Part shown: positions 27,228 through 36,916 of the stretch, piece by piece
How the letters are laid out: each line of letters starts with the position of its first letter
Numbering within the stretch: the first letter of the stretch is position 1
Source of the DNA: Candidatus Vogelbacteria bacterium
GTDB lineage: Bacteria > Patescibacteriota > Minisyncoccia > Phycocordibacterales > XYD1-FULL-46-19
Length of the DNA stretch: 64,000 bases
Assembly (NCBI GenBank): GCA_016188295.1
Contig: JACPIA010000003.1
Location: 30-64,029, forward strand
Direction: 5' to 3'
Notes under the pieces: model-generated
What the model was told of the DNA's origin: nothing
The model's input: the letters and a program-made list of their open reading frames with translations, nothing else
The model's database searches: none
Translations under genes and position numbers: made by a program

Positions 27228-27269
27228 ATTATTCCAAAAAATACGCTATAGCGTGTAATTTGGAATAAT
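27228..27269. repeat. P2 palindromic element, copy 1 (ATTATTCCAAAAAATACGCTATAGCGTGTAATTTGGAATAAT)
   Basis: Outer arms ATTATTCCAAA/TTTGGAATAAT and inner palindrome ACGCTATAGCGT. The same family occurs at 58754 and 59398. Confidence 0.75.
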
Positions 27270-27299
27270 CTAACTTATTCTACTTATAAAGAGTAAAAA

Positions 27300-27857
27300 T
27301 TAAATGTAATCAAATTCTTGGAACACTTGTTTATAGAGCTCAATGGTAGCGCGCGCTTCGCGCTTGTTTAATTGATGATTAGGCTCGTGGGCAATTTGAT
27401 TCCGTACTTTATGCGCTTCCCAGGCTTGGTTAAGGGTAAGGAAGTCACTTGCCTCAATCGCCTTTAAGCGCTCGCCTAAATTCTCGCCCGGGTAATTCAT
27501 CCTCGCCACGAGTGCATCTAAAATAGTATCGGCTTCAATAATCGCCAGCTTCCAATCCGAGGGATTGTCCGAGTCAATAAATTTCATTACTCGCTCAAAC
27601 TGCTCGGTATAATCTTTAGAGGCCACCACTGGTTGAGTAATATTTTCAATAATCTTTTTCTTATTCAACTCAATTAATCGTAGCGAAATGTAAACAATAA
27701 GCGCGAGCCAGATCAGACCAATAGTTATTCCGATTACTTTAATTACCGGCAACCACACCAATACCGGCATCCCTAAATTACGCCAACCACCATTAAACAG
27801 TAATTGGTAAATTAAGTTAAAAAAATATTCAAAGTTAATGTAAACAGTCGATTGCAT
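27300..27857 (-). CDS. hypothetical membrane-anchored protein
   Basis: 185 aa with an N-terminal TM segment. No recognisable domain. Probably co-transcribed with gatCA. Confidence 0.45.
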   Translation of the reverse strand: MQSTVYINFEYFFNLIYQLLFNGGWRNLGMPVLVWLPVIKVIGITIGLIWLALIVYISLRLIELNKKKIIENITQPVVASKDYTEQFERVMKFIDSDNPSDWKLAIIEADTILDALVARMNYPGENLGERLKAIEASDFLTLNQAWEAHKVRNQIAHEPNHQLNKREARATIELYKQVFQEFDYI

Positions 27858-29278
27858 TATGATGTTTTAGCTTCAAATTCACCCGCAATCTCAAATAAAG
27901 TATTCTCACCCATTGGCGCACCAGTTAATTGGATACCGAGGGGTAAGCCCGCTTTAGTTTTGCCCGCCGGTATCGAGATGGCGGGTACGCCAGCTAAATT
28001 AATCGGCACCGTAAAAATATCTTCCAGATACATGGTCAAGGGATCACTCGCCTTCTCGCCGATTTTAAAGGCCGGCCCTGGGGTAGTGGGCGTTAAAATG
28101 GCATCCACCTCTTTAAACACTTTAGCGTAATCGGCTTTAATCATCTCACGCACTGCCCCGGCTTTAGCATAATAAGCATCGTAATAACCAGCCGAGAGTA
28201 CATAAGTACCAAGCATTATTCGCCGACGCACCTCTGGGCCAAAACCCTCGGCCCGCGACACCTCATACTCCTCCAGTAAATTTTTCCCTTCCGCATGATG
28301 ACCATAACGCACACCATCAAAGCGGGCTAAATTAGTGGAGGCCTCGGCCGGCATAATAATGTAATAACAAGCCAGTGCATATTTAATGGACGGCAACTCA
28401 ACATCCACCACTTCATAACCTAAGTTTTTAAATATCTTTTCCGCTTCGGCAAAAGTCGCCGCCATTTCTGGATCTAAACCCTCACTCACAAACGAGCGTG
28501 GTACGCCAATTTTTTTACGAGTCGAGACTGGCCGCAACTCATCAGCGCGAGTGGTGGAATCAAGCAGATCTACTCCTTTAATTACCTCAAACAATAATTT
28601 AGCATCAGCCACTGTTTTAGTAATGGGACCAATTTGATCAAGCGATGAGGCCATAGCTACAAGTCCTGAACGAGAGACTAGACCATAAGTGGGCTTAAGT
28701 CCGACTACTCCACAAAAAGCCGCCGGCTGACGAATCGAACCACCAGTGTCCGAGCCCAAAGCGCCCAAAGCCAAGTCAGCTGCTACTACAGCCACTGATC
28801 CACCCGAGGAACCACCGGCCACTCGAGTTAAATCCTTAGGATTTTTAACCGCCCCAAAAGCGGAGTTTTCCGTCGAGCCACCCATCGCAAATTCGTCCAT
28901 ATTAGTCCGGCCGAGTAAAATAGCCCCCGCCTCTTTTAATTTACTAATCACCGCCGCATCATAACTAGCGGTGTAATTAGCTAGAATTTTAGAAGCACAT
29001 GAAGCAATTTTGCCTTTAATTAAGATATTATTTTTAATCGCAAGCGGTACGCCGGCTAAAGGGGACAACTTTTCACCCTTGGCTCGACGCTCATCAATTA
29101 ATTTAGCTTGAACTAAAGCATCGGTAAATACTTCTAAATAAGCATTTAAATTATCACCCTTCGCTTTGGCTAAATAGTGCTCGGTTAAAGCCACGGCCGT
29201 TAACTCACCACTTGCTAATTTTTTAGCTACCCCGCTAATGGTCAAATTAGTGGTATCCATATTAACTGGTACTGTCAC
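27857..29278 (-). CDS. gatA: Glu-tRNA(Gln)/Asp-tRNA(Asn) amidotransferase subunit A
   Basis: Amidase signature GGSSGGS with Ser-cisSer-Lys triad context, 473 aa. Confidence 0.9.
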   Translation of the reverse strand: MTVPVNMDTTNLTISGVAKKLASGELTAVALTEHYLAKAKGDNLNAYLEVFTDALVQAKLIDERRAKGEKLSPLAGVPLAIKNNILIKGKIASCASKILANYTASYDAAVISKLKEAGAILLGRTNMDEFAMGGSTENSAFGAVKNPKDLTRVAGGSSGGSVAVVAADLALGALGSDTGGSIRQPAAFCGVVGLKPTYGLVSRSGLVAMASSLDQIGPITKTVADAKLLFEVIKGVDLLDSTTRADELRPVSTRKKIGVPRSFVSEGLDPEMAATFAEAEKIFKNLGYEVVDVELPSIKYALACYYIIMPAEASTNLARFDGVRYGHHAEGKNLLEEYEVSRAEGFGPEVRRRIMLGTYVLSAGYYDAYYAKAGAVREMIKADYAKVFKEVDAILTPTTPGPAFKIGEKASDPLTMYLEDIFTVPINLAGVPAISIPAGKTKAGLPLGIQLTGAPMGENTLFEIAGEFEAKTS

Positions 29279-29555
29279 CTAAAATAGCTTTGACCTCCAC
29301 AAAGCCATCATGAGATTTAGGCGCCGCGGCAAGTAGTTCATTAGTGTACTCACCAGCATCATGAGGATTAGTATCCACTCGCATCACATTAGCGGCGGGC
29401 AATTCCGTCGAGAGTGCCGGCACGTCAACTTGAGCAAGTTCCCCAACATAATTTAAAATCGAGTTTAAATCCTGCACCAAACTCGCCTCCTCCTCAGACT
29501 TAAGGGAGAGCCGGGCTAATCGGGCTAATTTTTGGACTTCCTCATTACTGATCAT
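29262..29555 (-). CDS. gatC: amidotransferase subunit C
   Basis: 97 aa with MISNEEVQKLARLARLSL, directly upstream of gatA. Confidence 0.8.
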   Translation of the reverse strand: MISNEEVQKLARLARLSLKSEEEASLVQDLNSILNYVGELAQVDVPALSTELPAANVMRVDTNPHDAGEYTNELLAAAPKSHDGFVEVKAILGDSTS

Positions 29556-29567
29556 AGGGTTATCGTA

Positions 29568-31553
29568 TCATTCTCCGAGTAGTTTGAGAAATGCCTTTTC
29601 ATCTAAAATAGATACCCCCAATTGCTCTGCTTTGTCATATTTAGAACCGGGATCGGTGCCAGCCACCACGTAACTAGTATTTTTGGAAACACTAGCCACT
29701 ACCTCACCACCCAAGCTTTTGATTTTTTGCTTGGTCTCATCGCGACTCATGGTGCTTAAAGTGCCAGTCAAGACAAAACTCTGGCCAGTCAATTTACCAG
29801 CTTGTTTTTTTTCTACTCTTTCGATCTTTACTTGCTCGAGTAAATCAGCCACCATTTTTTGATTAGCTTTATCGGCAAAAAATTCGACCACCTTCCCGGC
29901 CACTATCTCACCTACGCCATTTATTTGAGCGAGCTCCTCATGACCAGCCCGCATTAATTTATCCAAACAACCAAAATGTTGAGCTAAATCTTCAGCCGTC
30001 TCCTCGCCTACTTGAGGAATAGAAAGCGCCGTAACAAAACGCGCTAAAGTGATCTGACGACGCGAATTAATTGATCTAATTAACTTTTTGACTGACACCT
30101 CAGCAAAACGGGGTAAGGCCAAAAGATTATTGTCTGTCAATTTAAAAATATCAGCATAGGAGGAAATTAAATTATTTTCCAACAAGATATCAATTTGTTT
30201 GGGCCCTAGCCCCGGGATATCAAAAGCGTGTTTGCTAACAAAATAATGAAAGCGGCGCGATACTTGAGCAAAAGTATTGTTATTTACCGCTCGATGGGCA
30301 GCCTCACCGGATAAGCGTTTGATTGCTCCAATCCCCGGTAAGTGATCAGGAAAAATATACGGCTTAGTATTATGGGGACGCAATTCCGTCAGCACCTTAA
30401 CCACATCAGGAATAATGTCGCCTGATTTTTGAATAATCACCGTATCACCCACTCGGACATCGAGCCGCTTAATCTCATCCTCATTATGAAGGGTCGCTCG
30501 GGTAACAGTAGTACTGGCCACTAGTACTGGTCTAAGTTCGGCGACCGGTGTGATCGTCCCTTGTCGACCCACTTGCAAAGAGATCGCCTCCACCACAGTT
30601 GTAACCTGTTCGGCTGGAAATTTAAACGCAATAGCAAAGCGCGGCGACTTACCGGTATAGCCCATTTGTTGTTGCAGTCTGATATCATTAACTTTTACCA
30701 CCACCCCGTCGAGCCAATAATTCTCTTTATTTTTTTGGTTTTGCCATTTTTGCCAATACTTAATGACTGCTTCAATATCTGGCGCCAAAATAAAATGTTT
30801 GTTAACTTTAAAACCCAAATCTTGGAGTAACTTTAATTCTGCCAACTGATTATCCGGCAAACCAAAATCAGCCTGAGCCACATCATAAATAAACGAGTCT
30901 AATTGGCGGGCAGCTACAATTTTAGCATCAAGTTGGCGGATAGTGCCGGCGGCAATATTGCGCGGATTAGCATATAGTGGCAAATTATTTTTAGCTTGCT
31001 CGTCATTAATTCGCTTAAACTCTTTTTGGCCCATCCAAATCTCACCTTCCACAATGATATTGACCTTTTGTTCCAATTTTAAGGGAATCGAGGCGATGGT
31101 CCGGATATTTTGAGTCACATCTTCGCCCACCATACCATCGCCACGAGTAGCCGCCGTTTTAAGTAAACCCTCTACATAAGTTAAAACGATCTTAAAGCCA
31201 TCAATTTTAAGTTCGCAGACATACTCGAGCCGTTCGCGACCAGCCCACTTTTTGACCCGCTTATCAAACGCCCTAATATCCGCCTCATCAAAAGCATCGG
31301 CAAAAGACCACTGGGGTACTTGGTGGCGGATTTTAGCAAAAGCGGCCAAGGGGGCCCCCGAGACCCGCTGGGTTGGCGAGTCGGGAGTAATTAAATCGGG
31401 ATACTGCTCTTCTAATTGTCTAAGCTCCTCTTCTAAAGAGTCATAAGCTTGATCCGAGATCTCGGGTTGGTCTAATACATGGTAAAGCCGACGATGATAA
31501 TTAATGAGCTCTCGGAGCTTGATTACTCGTACAATCGCCTCTTGTTTATTCAT
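29568..31553 (-). CDS. ligA: NAD-dependent DNA ligase LigA
   Basis: Adenylation motif KxDG (ELKIDG), OB, Zn-finger, HhH and a C-terminal BRCT, 661 aa. Confidence 0.9.
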   Translation of the reverse strand: MNKQEAIVRVIKLRELINYHRRLYHVLDQPEISDQAYDSLEEELRQLEEQYPDLITPDSPTQRVSGAPLAAFAKIRHQVPQWSFADAFDEADIRAFDKRVKKWAGRERLEYVCELKIDGFKIVLTYVEGLLKTAATRGDGMVGEDVTQNIRTIASIPLKLEQKVNIIVEGEIWMGQKEFKRINDEQAKNNLPLYANPRNIAAGTIRQLDAKIVAARQLDSFIYDVAQADFGLPDNQLAELKLLQDLGFKVNKHFILAPDIEAVIKYWQKWQNQKNKENYWLDGVVVKVNDIRLQQQMGYTGKSPRFAIAFKFPAEQVTTVVEAISLQVGRQGTITPVAELRPVLVASTTVTRATLHNEDEIKRLDVRVGDTVIIQKSGDIIPDVVKVLTELRPHNTKPYIFPDHLPGIGAIKRLSGEAAHRAVNNNTFAQVSRRFHYFVSKHAFDIPGLGPKQIDILLENNLISSYADIFKLTDNNLLALPRFAEVSVKKLIRSINSRRQITLARFVTALSIPQVGEETAEDLAQHFGCLDKLMRAGHEELAQINGVGEIVAGKVVEFFADKANQKMVADLLEQVKIERVEKKQAGKLTGQSFVLTGTLSTMSRDETKQKIKSLGGEVVASVSKNTSYVVAGTDPGSKYDKAEQLGVSILDEKAFLKLLGE

Positions 31554-31558
31554 AATTC

Positions 31559-32116
31559 CTACTGTACCACACGAGTCTCAATAAAACGCTGGACTAACCG
31601 TGGCGAGGGTGAGTTACAATCAGCACTATAACCGAACGCTCGGATGGTAGCGACAACCCTGGGATCATCAGATAAAATGTCCCCATCTGGACTAGTTGCT
31701 GGTACGCCATGAAAAACTGTGACTTCGGCGCAACGAGGAGGAATATTATTTTCTCCTAACAAATCCACCTGATAAGAAAAAGACCCTCGACGTTCAATAT
31801 TATTGAATAGCTCCTCTACAATCACTGCACCATTATGACAAGTTAAAGCGGTAATACCGCCATTAAATAGACTGGCGCCCAACTCATTGACCCAAAACAA
31901 GGCGCAGTCCCGTCCGGCATCGGCGGCATAGTAAGCGATTTTAGCATCACGAGCCGTAGCGGCGATCACTAATTGTTTAAGTAAAATATTAGCTAACAGT
32001 AAGCCTACTGTGATCACAATACTAGAAACCAATACGGCATACAAGAGTACGAAACCATAATTTAATTTTAAATTAATCTTCATAATTTTAGAGTACTTCT
32101 TGAATTGGTCGAGCAT
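31559..32116 (-). CDS. pilus-associated protein (PilX-like / minor pilin-like)
   Basis: N-terminal hydrophobic segment in operon position with minor pilins. Weak class III signal. Confidence 0.35.
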   Translation of the reverse strand: MLDQFKKYSKIMKINLKLNYGFVLLYAVLVSSIVITVGLLLANILLKQLVIAATARDAKIAYYAADAGRDCALFWVNELGASLFNGGITALTCHNGAVIVEELFNNIERRGSFSYQVDLLGENNIPPRCAEVTVFHGVPATSPDGDILSDDPRVVATIRAFGYSADCNSPSPRLVQRFIETRVVQ

Positions 32117-32684
32117 AAATCACATCTTTTAACACCAATGTCCGCGGAGCCGCTTTATTCATCCATTTTACCGTTACTATCACCTCGGCTTGATTATATT
32201 GAGTTGTTTGATTGTCGGGAATAGGATTACCGTCAATACTACCAGTAATAGTATTGCTACCTGGTATGATCCCGATCTGCCTTACAAAATGAGCCTCATT
32301 TTCAACCCCACCAATAAATTCAAATGGTTTACATAACTCACCATTAGCTGGAGTATTGCAACTTTCTACCGTCTCTGGATTTTCTACATCAATATAACAA
32401 CCATGATCAGCAACACAATTAGTTAATCCAGCCAGCCATGGATAGTTATTCGGATAATCCATATCACCAATCCCAAACTGATTAGCATCACGACGATTCA
32501 TTACTAACTCGAGGCCCTCTTGAGCTAGATAAAATGCAGTAATCTCGTTCTTAGCATAATTACCATCAGTAATACCCCGTACCATTAATGATAGCGGACC
32601 AATTACCGCAATCACTAAAATAGTAACCGCCACAAAAGTCTCTAGTAAAGTGAAGCCACGATTGTTTGGGAGTGAGAATTTCAT
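32088..32684 (-). CDS. prepilin-type N-terminal cleavage/methylation domain protein (minor pilin)
   Basis: N-terminal NNRGFTLLETFVAVTILVIAV. Confidence 0.6.
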   Translation of the reverse strand: MKFSLPNNRGFTLLETFVAVTILVIAVIGPLSLMVRGITDGNYAKNEITAFYLAQEGLELVMNRRDANQFGIGDMDYPNNYPWLAGLTNCVADHGCYIDVENPETVESCNTPANGELCKPFEFIGGVENEAHFVRQIGIIPGSNTITGSIDGNPIPDNQTTQYNQAEVIVTVKWMNKAAPRTLVLKDVIYARPIQEVL

Positions 32685-32690
32685 AAACTC

Positions 32691-33239
32691 TTAAAAATTG
32701 CGTTGAGTCACGGCAGTTTGTAAATTTAATTTTGTCTCCGAGCGACCTATTTTGGCTTTGCCTTGAATTGAAATTACCACATAAGACCGACTAGTAGCTG
32801 TTATCACCCGAAACTTAGCCTGTTCAATACTAATTTCCGGTGAGAGTAAATCAGCGCGAGTCAATGAGGGATCTGATTCATCAGTTAAGAAAATAGATTT
32901 TTCCCCGTTACCACGGTCAGCCAATTCATAAATAATTTCTCTCGCTACACCACCGGGTGGTAAATACTTAAACTCAATTTTTGATTCATTGTCGTTGGCG
33001 TAATAATCCACTCCTTCAGCCAGGCGATACGTCATACCATCAAGGGTAAAATTAAGATTGTCGACAATCAAACGGATAGCTTGGGCTTTTTTATTAGCCT
33101 CATTGACAGTAATGAATACCGTGGAAGCAATAAAAGCAACGATGATAAAAATAGAGACCGAGACCATAATCTCGATTAAGGTGAAACCTTTCGATGGGCT
33201 CAGGACAGGCCCCTTAGTTTTAGATTTTATTGTTGACAT
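32691..33239 (-). CDS. prepilin-type minor pilin
   Basis: N-terminal [21 protein letters not shown]. Confidence 0.6.
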   Translation of the reverse strand: MSTIKSKTKGPVLSPSKGFTLIEIMVSVSIFIIVAFIASTVFITVNEANKKAQAIRLIVDNLNFTLDGMTYRLAEGVDYYANDNESKIEFKYLPPGGVAREIIYELADRGNGEKSIFLTDESDPSLTRADLLSPEISIEQAKFRVITATSRSYVVISIQGKAKIGRSETKLNLQTAVTQRNF

Positions 33240-33814
33240 TGAAATCCGGGGATAACAGCGATTTGACCATTAATGGAAATCCTAATTTGCTTACAACGAT
33301 CTCCTCCACGTTTGCTTTTAATTTTGATCGTTAATGAGTCACCGGTGATATTAGAATTATTATGTAAAATCCTAGCCTCGGGATTGGGTCGGCGATAAGT
33401 AATATCAAAAACTCCAGTCAAATCATCACCACTTTGATCATAAAAATTAGTGATATCAGCTCCTTGTAGAGTATACTCCTCTACTATTTTATCTCCTTCA
33501 TCAAAAGTACCATCCTCCTTATTACTACCAATAAAACTGATAAATTTATTTGTATTATCACTATTAAAGTGAACCCCGTAAGACCTAGCGGCGGCAGGCC
33601 CGCTTGAACCCACTCTAGTACCAGTACCAAGCACTTGGGCGGTACGGATATTAACCGCCATCTCTTGAGCCATCAGTTCCAGCGCCGACTGGTCCTTAAA
33701 TTGCGGATAGTTGGCAACGATAATGCCAGTGATAATTAAAAAAATGACAATCACTACCAACATCTCCACCAAGGAGAAGCCACGATTTTGTTTAAATTTA
33801 AAAAGGGATAACAT
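33227..33814 (-). CDS. prepilin-type minor pilin
   Basis: N-terminal QNRGFSLVEMLVVIVIFLIITGII. Confidence 0.6.
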   Translation of the reverse strand: MLSLFKFKQNRGFSLVEMLVVIVIFLIITGIIVANYPQFKDQSALELMAQEMAVNIRTAQVLGTGTRVGSSGPAAARSYGVHFNSDNTNKFISFIGSNKEDGTFDEGDKIVEEYTLQGADITNFYDQSGDDLTGVFDITYRRPNPEARILHNNSNITGDSLTIKIKSKRGGDRCKQIRISINGQIAVIPGFQCQQ

Positions 33815-34553
33815 GCCAGGAAAAGAACAGAACCATCAACAAACCAAGAATCATAAATGGCGCAAAGGGCAACTCACTCTTTATTGTAATCAATTTACTC
33901 CCCCACCACAATCGCTTGAGTCGAGAAGCTACCATCAAACCGATACCCACTAAAGCCCCACTCCAAAAAGCAAGCGCCAAAGCGGATAATGTCGCCACCG
34001 GACCCAAGAGCCAACCAAGCGCCAAGCCGAGCTTGGCATCACCAAAACCCATCCAGCGTCCGCCCGAGACAGCCCACAGGAACGCGAAAAAAGCAAAACT
34101 CCCTAGGCCGGCCAATAAGTAAGCCCCGCCATTTGCCACTGCCCAAATTAAACTGAGGGCAATTAGGATGTACATTGGACCAGTGGGAATAATTTGATGC
34201 CGCCAGTCGTAGGCGCCGATGATAACTACCAGAGCCATTATCAACCAGTAAAAAGCGATTAAATTAAAATTAGGGAAAAAGCGCCAGACGGTCAAGACAA
34301 ACAACAGCCCGGTCAATACTTCAACAATTGGATATTGAAGTGAGATATGACTCTGACACTCGCGACAACGACCTTTTAAACTTAGGTAACTTAAAATGGG
34401 TACTAAATCTAAAGCGGTTAATTGCCGGCCACAAGCAAGACAGCCCGAGCGACCGGCAAGAGATTTGCCGGTGTTGTAGCGGATAATTAAGACATTTAAA
34501 AAACTGCCAATAATCGTGCCAAAAATAAAAATTAGTAGATACCACAGCCACAT
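33798..34553 (-). CDS. pilD: prepilin peptidase (A24 family, PilD)
   Basis: Tetracysteine CLACG...CRECQ motif and a polytopic membrane domain with catalytic Asp context. Confidence 0.8.
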   Translation of the reverse strand: MWLWYLLIFIFGTIIGSFLNVLIIRYNTGKSLAGRSGCLACGRQLTALDLVPILSYLSLKGRCRECQSHISLQYPIVEVLTGLLFVLTVWRFFPNFNLIAFYWLIMALVVIIGAYDWRHQIIPTGPMYILIALSLIWAVANGGAYLLAGLGSFAFFAFLWAVSGGRWMGFGDAKLGLALGWLLGPVATLSALALAFWSGALVGIGLMVASRLKRLWWGSKLITIKSELPFAPFMILGLLMVLFFSWHVIPF

Positions 34554-34595
34554 ATATCACTTAATTTTACCACGTTAGTCATTATTACCACCTTA

Positions 34596-34620
34596 AATGT
34601 CAAGGCCTCGCCTTGACATT
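34596..34620. repeat. REP palindrome (aatgtcaaggc ctc gccttgacatt), overlaps the RAYT stop
   Basis: Inverted-orientation copy of the 21730 element. Confidence 0.75.
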
Positions 34621-34992
34621 GTCGATGGAACCAGTTTGTTGATATTTTTTATTAAAATACATGGAATATCCAGTCATCAACTTTTGCACAAAAATACTAA
34701 TACCCTGTTCCGATTTTTCTTTTACTAGCAAATGAAAATGATTAGGCATTAAACAATAAGCACCGATATCAACTAGGGTACTACCTCGGTCTAAATTAAA
34801 AACTTTTTTTAAATCAGTCTGCTCTTGTCGCCAATGATCACTTAAATGGATAACTTTTTTGGCATTGGTAGTGTAAAGTAAGAGGATAAATCGTAGATGA
34901 TCATTATCGTCCAAGAAAATCTCACGACGATTAGTACCACGAGTGTATAAGTGATAATACTCATCGGGACTGAATTCCAATTTACGAGCCAT
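34600..34992 (-). CDS. REP-associated tyrosine transposase (RAYT; IS200/IS605-like HuH Y1 transposase)
   Basis: HuH motif CLMPNHFHLLV and catalytic Tyr region TGYSMYFNKKY, 130 aa. Flanked on both sides by REP palindromes. Confidence 0.75.
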   Translation of the reverse strand: MARKLEFSPDEYYHLYTRGTNRREIFLDDNDHLRFILLLYTTNAKKVIHLSDHWRQEQTDLKKVFNLDRGSTLVDIGAYCLMPNHFHLLVKEKSEQGISIFVQKLMTGYSMYFNKKYQQTGSIDNVKARP

Positions 34993-35010
34993 AACTTTAA
35001 TTTATTATAC

Positions 35011-35036
35011 CATGTCAAGGCCTCGCCTTGACAATG
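35011..35036. repeat. REP palindrome (catgtcaaggcctcgccttgacaatg)
   Basis: Same family. Confidence 0.7.
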
Positions 35037-35073
35037 AGGGGAAACAAAAAACCTCCTTGGTTGGAGGAGGGTT

Positions 35074-35128
35074 AATGTCAAGGCCTCGCCTTGCCGAAGG
35101 CTACGCCTTGCCGAAGGCTACCTAATTA
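35074..35128. repeat. degenerate REP plus 17-bp tandem duplication (cgccttgccgaaggcta x2)
   Basis: aatgtcaaggcctcgccttgccgaaggctacgccttgccgaaggctacc. Confidence 0.6.
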
Positions 35129-35574
35129 CAAACTCCAGCGCCTGCAGCTTCAGTATTTTTAGATGCACCTGTACTATCAACACACCAATAAGTGTTAGTA
35201 GTTGCAACTAAAGGAGATGATACTGCCCAAGCTGTTGCAGAAGTATTTGCATCAGTCGTACAAGTTAGATCAATATTCCCATTTGCACTTTTAACAGCCG
35301 TGATCAGACCAGCCAAGCCACCTTCGGCAGCTGTAGCACCAAACATACCACCAGCACAGGAATCTGCACTATCACCATAGTCAGAGTTAGTATCAAAGTA
35401 AATCTCTGCTTGGGCACGCATACTAGCCAATTGGGCCTTAATCGCCGCATCTTTAGCTTTGTTACGAGCGGTGTTGAGTGAGGTCAAGACCACACCGGAC
35501 AAGATACCAATGATGGCAATAACCACCAACAATTCGATTAACGTAAAACCTTTCGATGAACCTTTTTTAGACAT
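35122..35574 (-). CDS. pilA: type IV pilin (major pilin, PilA-like)
   Basis: N-terminal [23 protein letters not shown] class III signal and a C-terminal Cys pair. Confidence 0.8.
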   Translation of the reverse strand: MSKKGSSKGFTLIELLVVIAIIGILSGVVLTSLNTARNKAKDAAIKAQLASMRAQAEIYFDTNSDYGDSADSCAGGMFGATAAEGGLAGLITAVKSANGNIDLTCTTDANTSATAWAVSSPLVATTNTYWCVDSTGASKNTEAAGAGVCN

Positions 35575-35704
35575 AAATTTAAATTAATTATAATCTCGTT
35601 TTCGACGTTAGTTCTATTATACAGCACACCCGTAAAATGAGTACATCACGGGTCAAGCCCCTGTGGATATCCCGTAAAGCGCAGACGCCACGGGACTAGG
35701 TACC

Positions 35705-36913
35705 CTAGAACCCTGAAGCGATGTTATAGATAGGCACCAAGACGGAAGTAAGGAGAACACCCACTCCAATACCCAAAAAGACGATCAAAGCCGGCTCAAT
35801 CAAGCCCACCAAAGTGTCTACGGCATCATTAACCTCCCGACGATAAAAGCGCGAGAGCGTCTCCAAGACAAATCCCAATTTACCGGTCTCCTCACCCACC
35901 TTCATCATTTGAATCATAATGGGCGGAATATCCGAGTATTTGCTCATAATCTCGGATACCGCCGAGCCGGTTTTAATGGCGGCCGAGGCCGACAGCAAAA
36001 TATCGCGGAAGATGACATTGTTGACCACCTCGGCGGTAATCTCCAAGGCCCGGACCATCGAGATACCGCTCGTCAACATCGTATTTAAGTTATCGGCAAT
36101 CCGCGAGAGATAGAGCTTTTGGTACAAATTACCCACGTACGGAATCGCCAATTTAGCCGAGTCTAAAGAACGACGACCTTTCTCTGTCTGGATATAACGC
36201 AAAACAACAATCGCCACCGTAATTACCAAAATCAACAAAATTACGCCGTAGGCCACAAAAAAGTCGCTTAAACCGATCACTATCCGAGTATAGATCGGCA
36301 ATTCCTGCCCCGTCTCGATTAAAATCTGGGACAATTGCGGGATCACAAACATCAACATAATAATGAGTACCACGACAAAAGAAAAAATGATAAAAATCGG
36401 GTAGATCAAGGCATTTTTAGCGCGGCTGACCAACGCATAAGAGCGCTCTAAATAATCGGCCAAATAAGTAAAAGTCTCGGATAGTTTGCCGGTCTCTTCG
36501 CCGGACTTAACCATACTGACGTAAAAGTTAGAAAAAAGGTCCGGATGATGAGCAAAAGCAGTGGAGATCGGCTGACCCGCTTGGACATCATCTAAAATGG
36601 CGGTGAGTTTGGCGCGTAAAATAGGACTAGATGCCTCACCAGCCAGTAATTTAAAAGTAGCGGTGACCGATACCTTGGCTTCAAATAAAGTCGCGATCTG
36701 CCGCGACAAAATCACAATATCGCGCGACTTAACAGTATTAAATAAATGAAAGCGACTTAAAAATGATTTACTCTTAACCACCTCCGGCACAATTGAGAGT
36801 AAAATAAGACCCCGACGTTGGAGCGAGGCAATAGCTACATCAATCGAGGGTGCTTCGATTGAGCCACTTTGCTCAATACCCTCTTTGCCGGTAGCTTTGT
36901 AAATAAACAACAT
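35705..36913 (-). CDS. pilC: type IV pilus assembly platform protein PilC (GspF family)
   Basis: Two GspF repeats and 3 TM segments, 402 aa. Confidence 0.85.
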   Translation of the reverse strand: MLFIYKATGKEGIEQSGSIEAPSIDVAIASLQRRGLILLSIVPEVVKSKSFLSRFHLFNTVKSRDIVILSRQIATLFEAKVSVTATFKLLAGEASSPILRAKLTAILDDVQAGQPISTAFAHHPDLFSNFYVSMVKSGEETGKLSETFTYLADYLERSYALVSRAKNALIYPIFIIFSFVVVLIIMLMFVIPQLSQILIETGQELPIYTRIVIGLSDFFVAYGVILLILVITVAIVVLRYIQTEKGRRSLDSAKLAIPYVGNLYQKLYLSRIADNLNTMLTSGISMVRALEITAEVVNNVIFRDILLSASAAIKTGSAVSEIMSKYSDIPPIMIQMMKVGEETGKLGFVLETLSRFYRREVNDAVDTLVGLIEPALIVFLGIGVGVLLTSVLVPIYNIASGF

Positions 36914-36916
36914 AAA

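Larger units (their letters stand above)
34596..35128. mobile_element. RAYT gene bracketed by REP elements (REP-RAYT-REP-REP), inserted between pilD and pilA
   Basis: REPs at 34596-34620, 35011-35036 and 35074-35128. Confidence 0.65.

Noticed and set aside
35575-35700. Two similar hairpins (CCCGTAAA...ACGGG) between pilC and pilA that could be a riboswitch or attenuator.
   Set aside because: Most simply explained as the pilC terminator plus pilA promoter/5-prime UTR structure. No recognisable riboswitch consensus.
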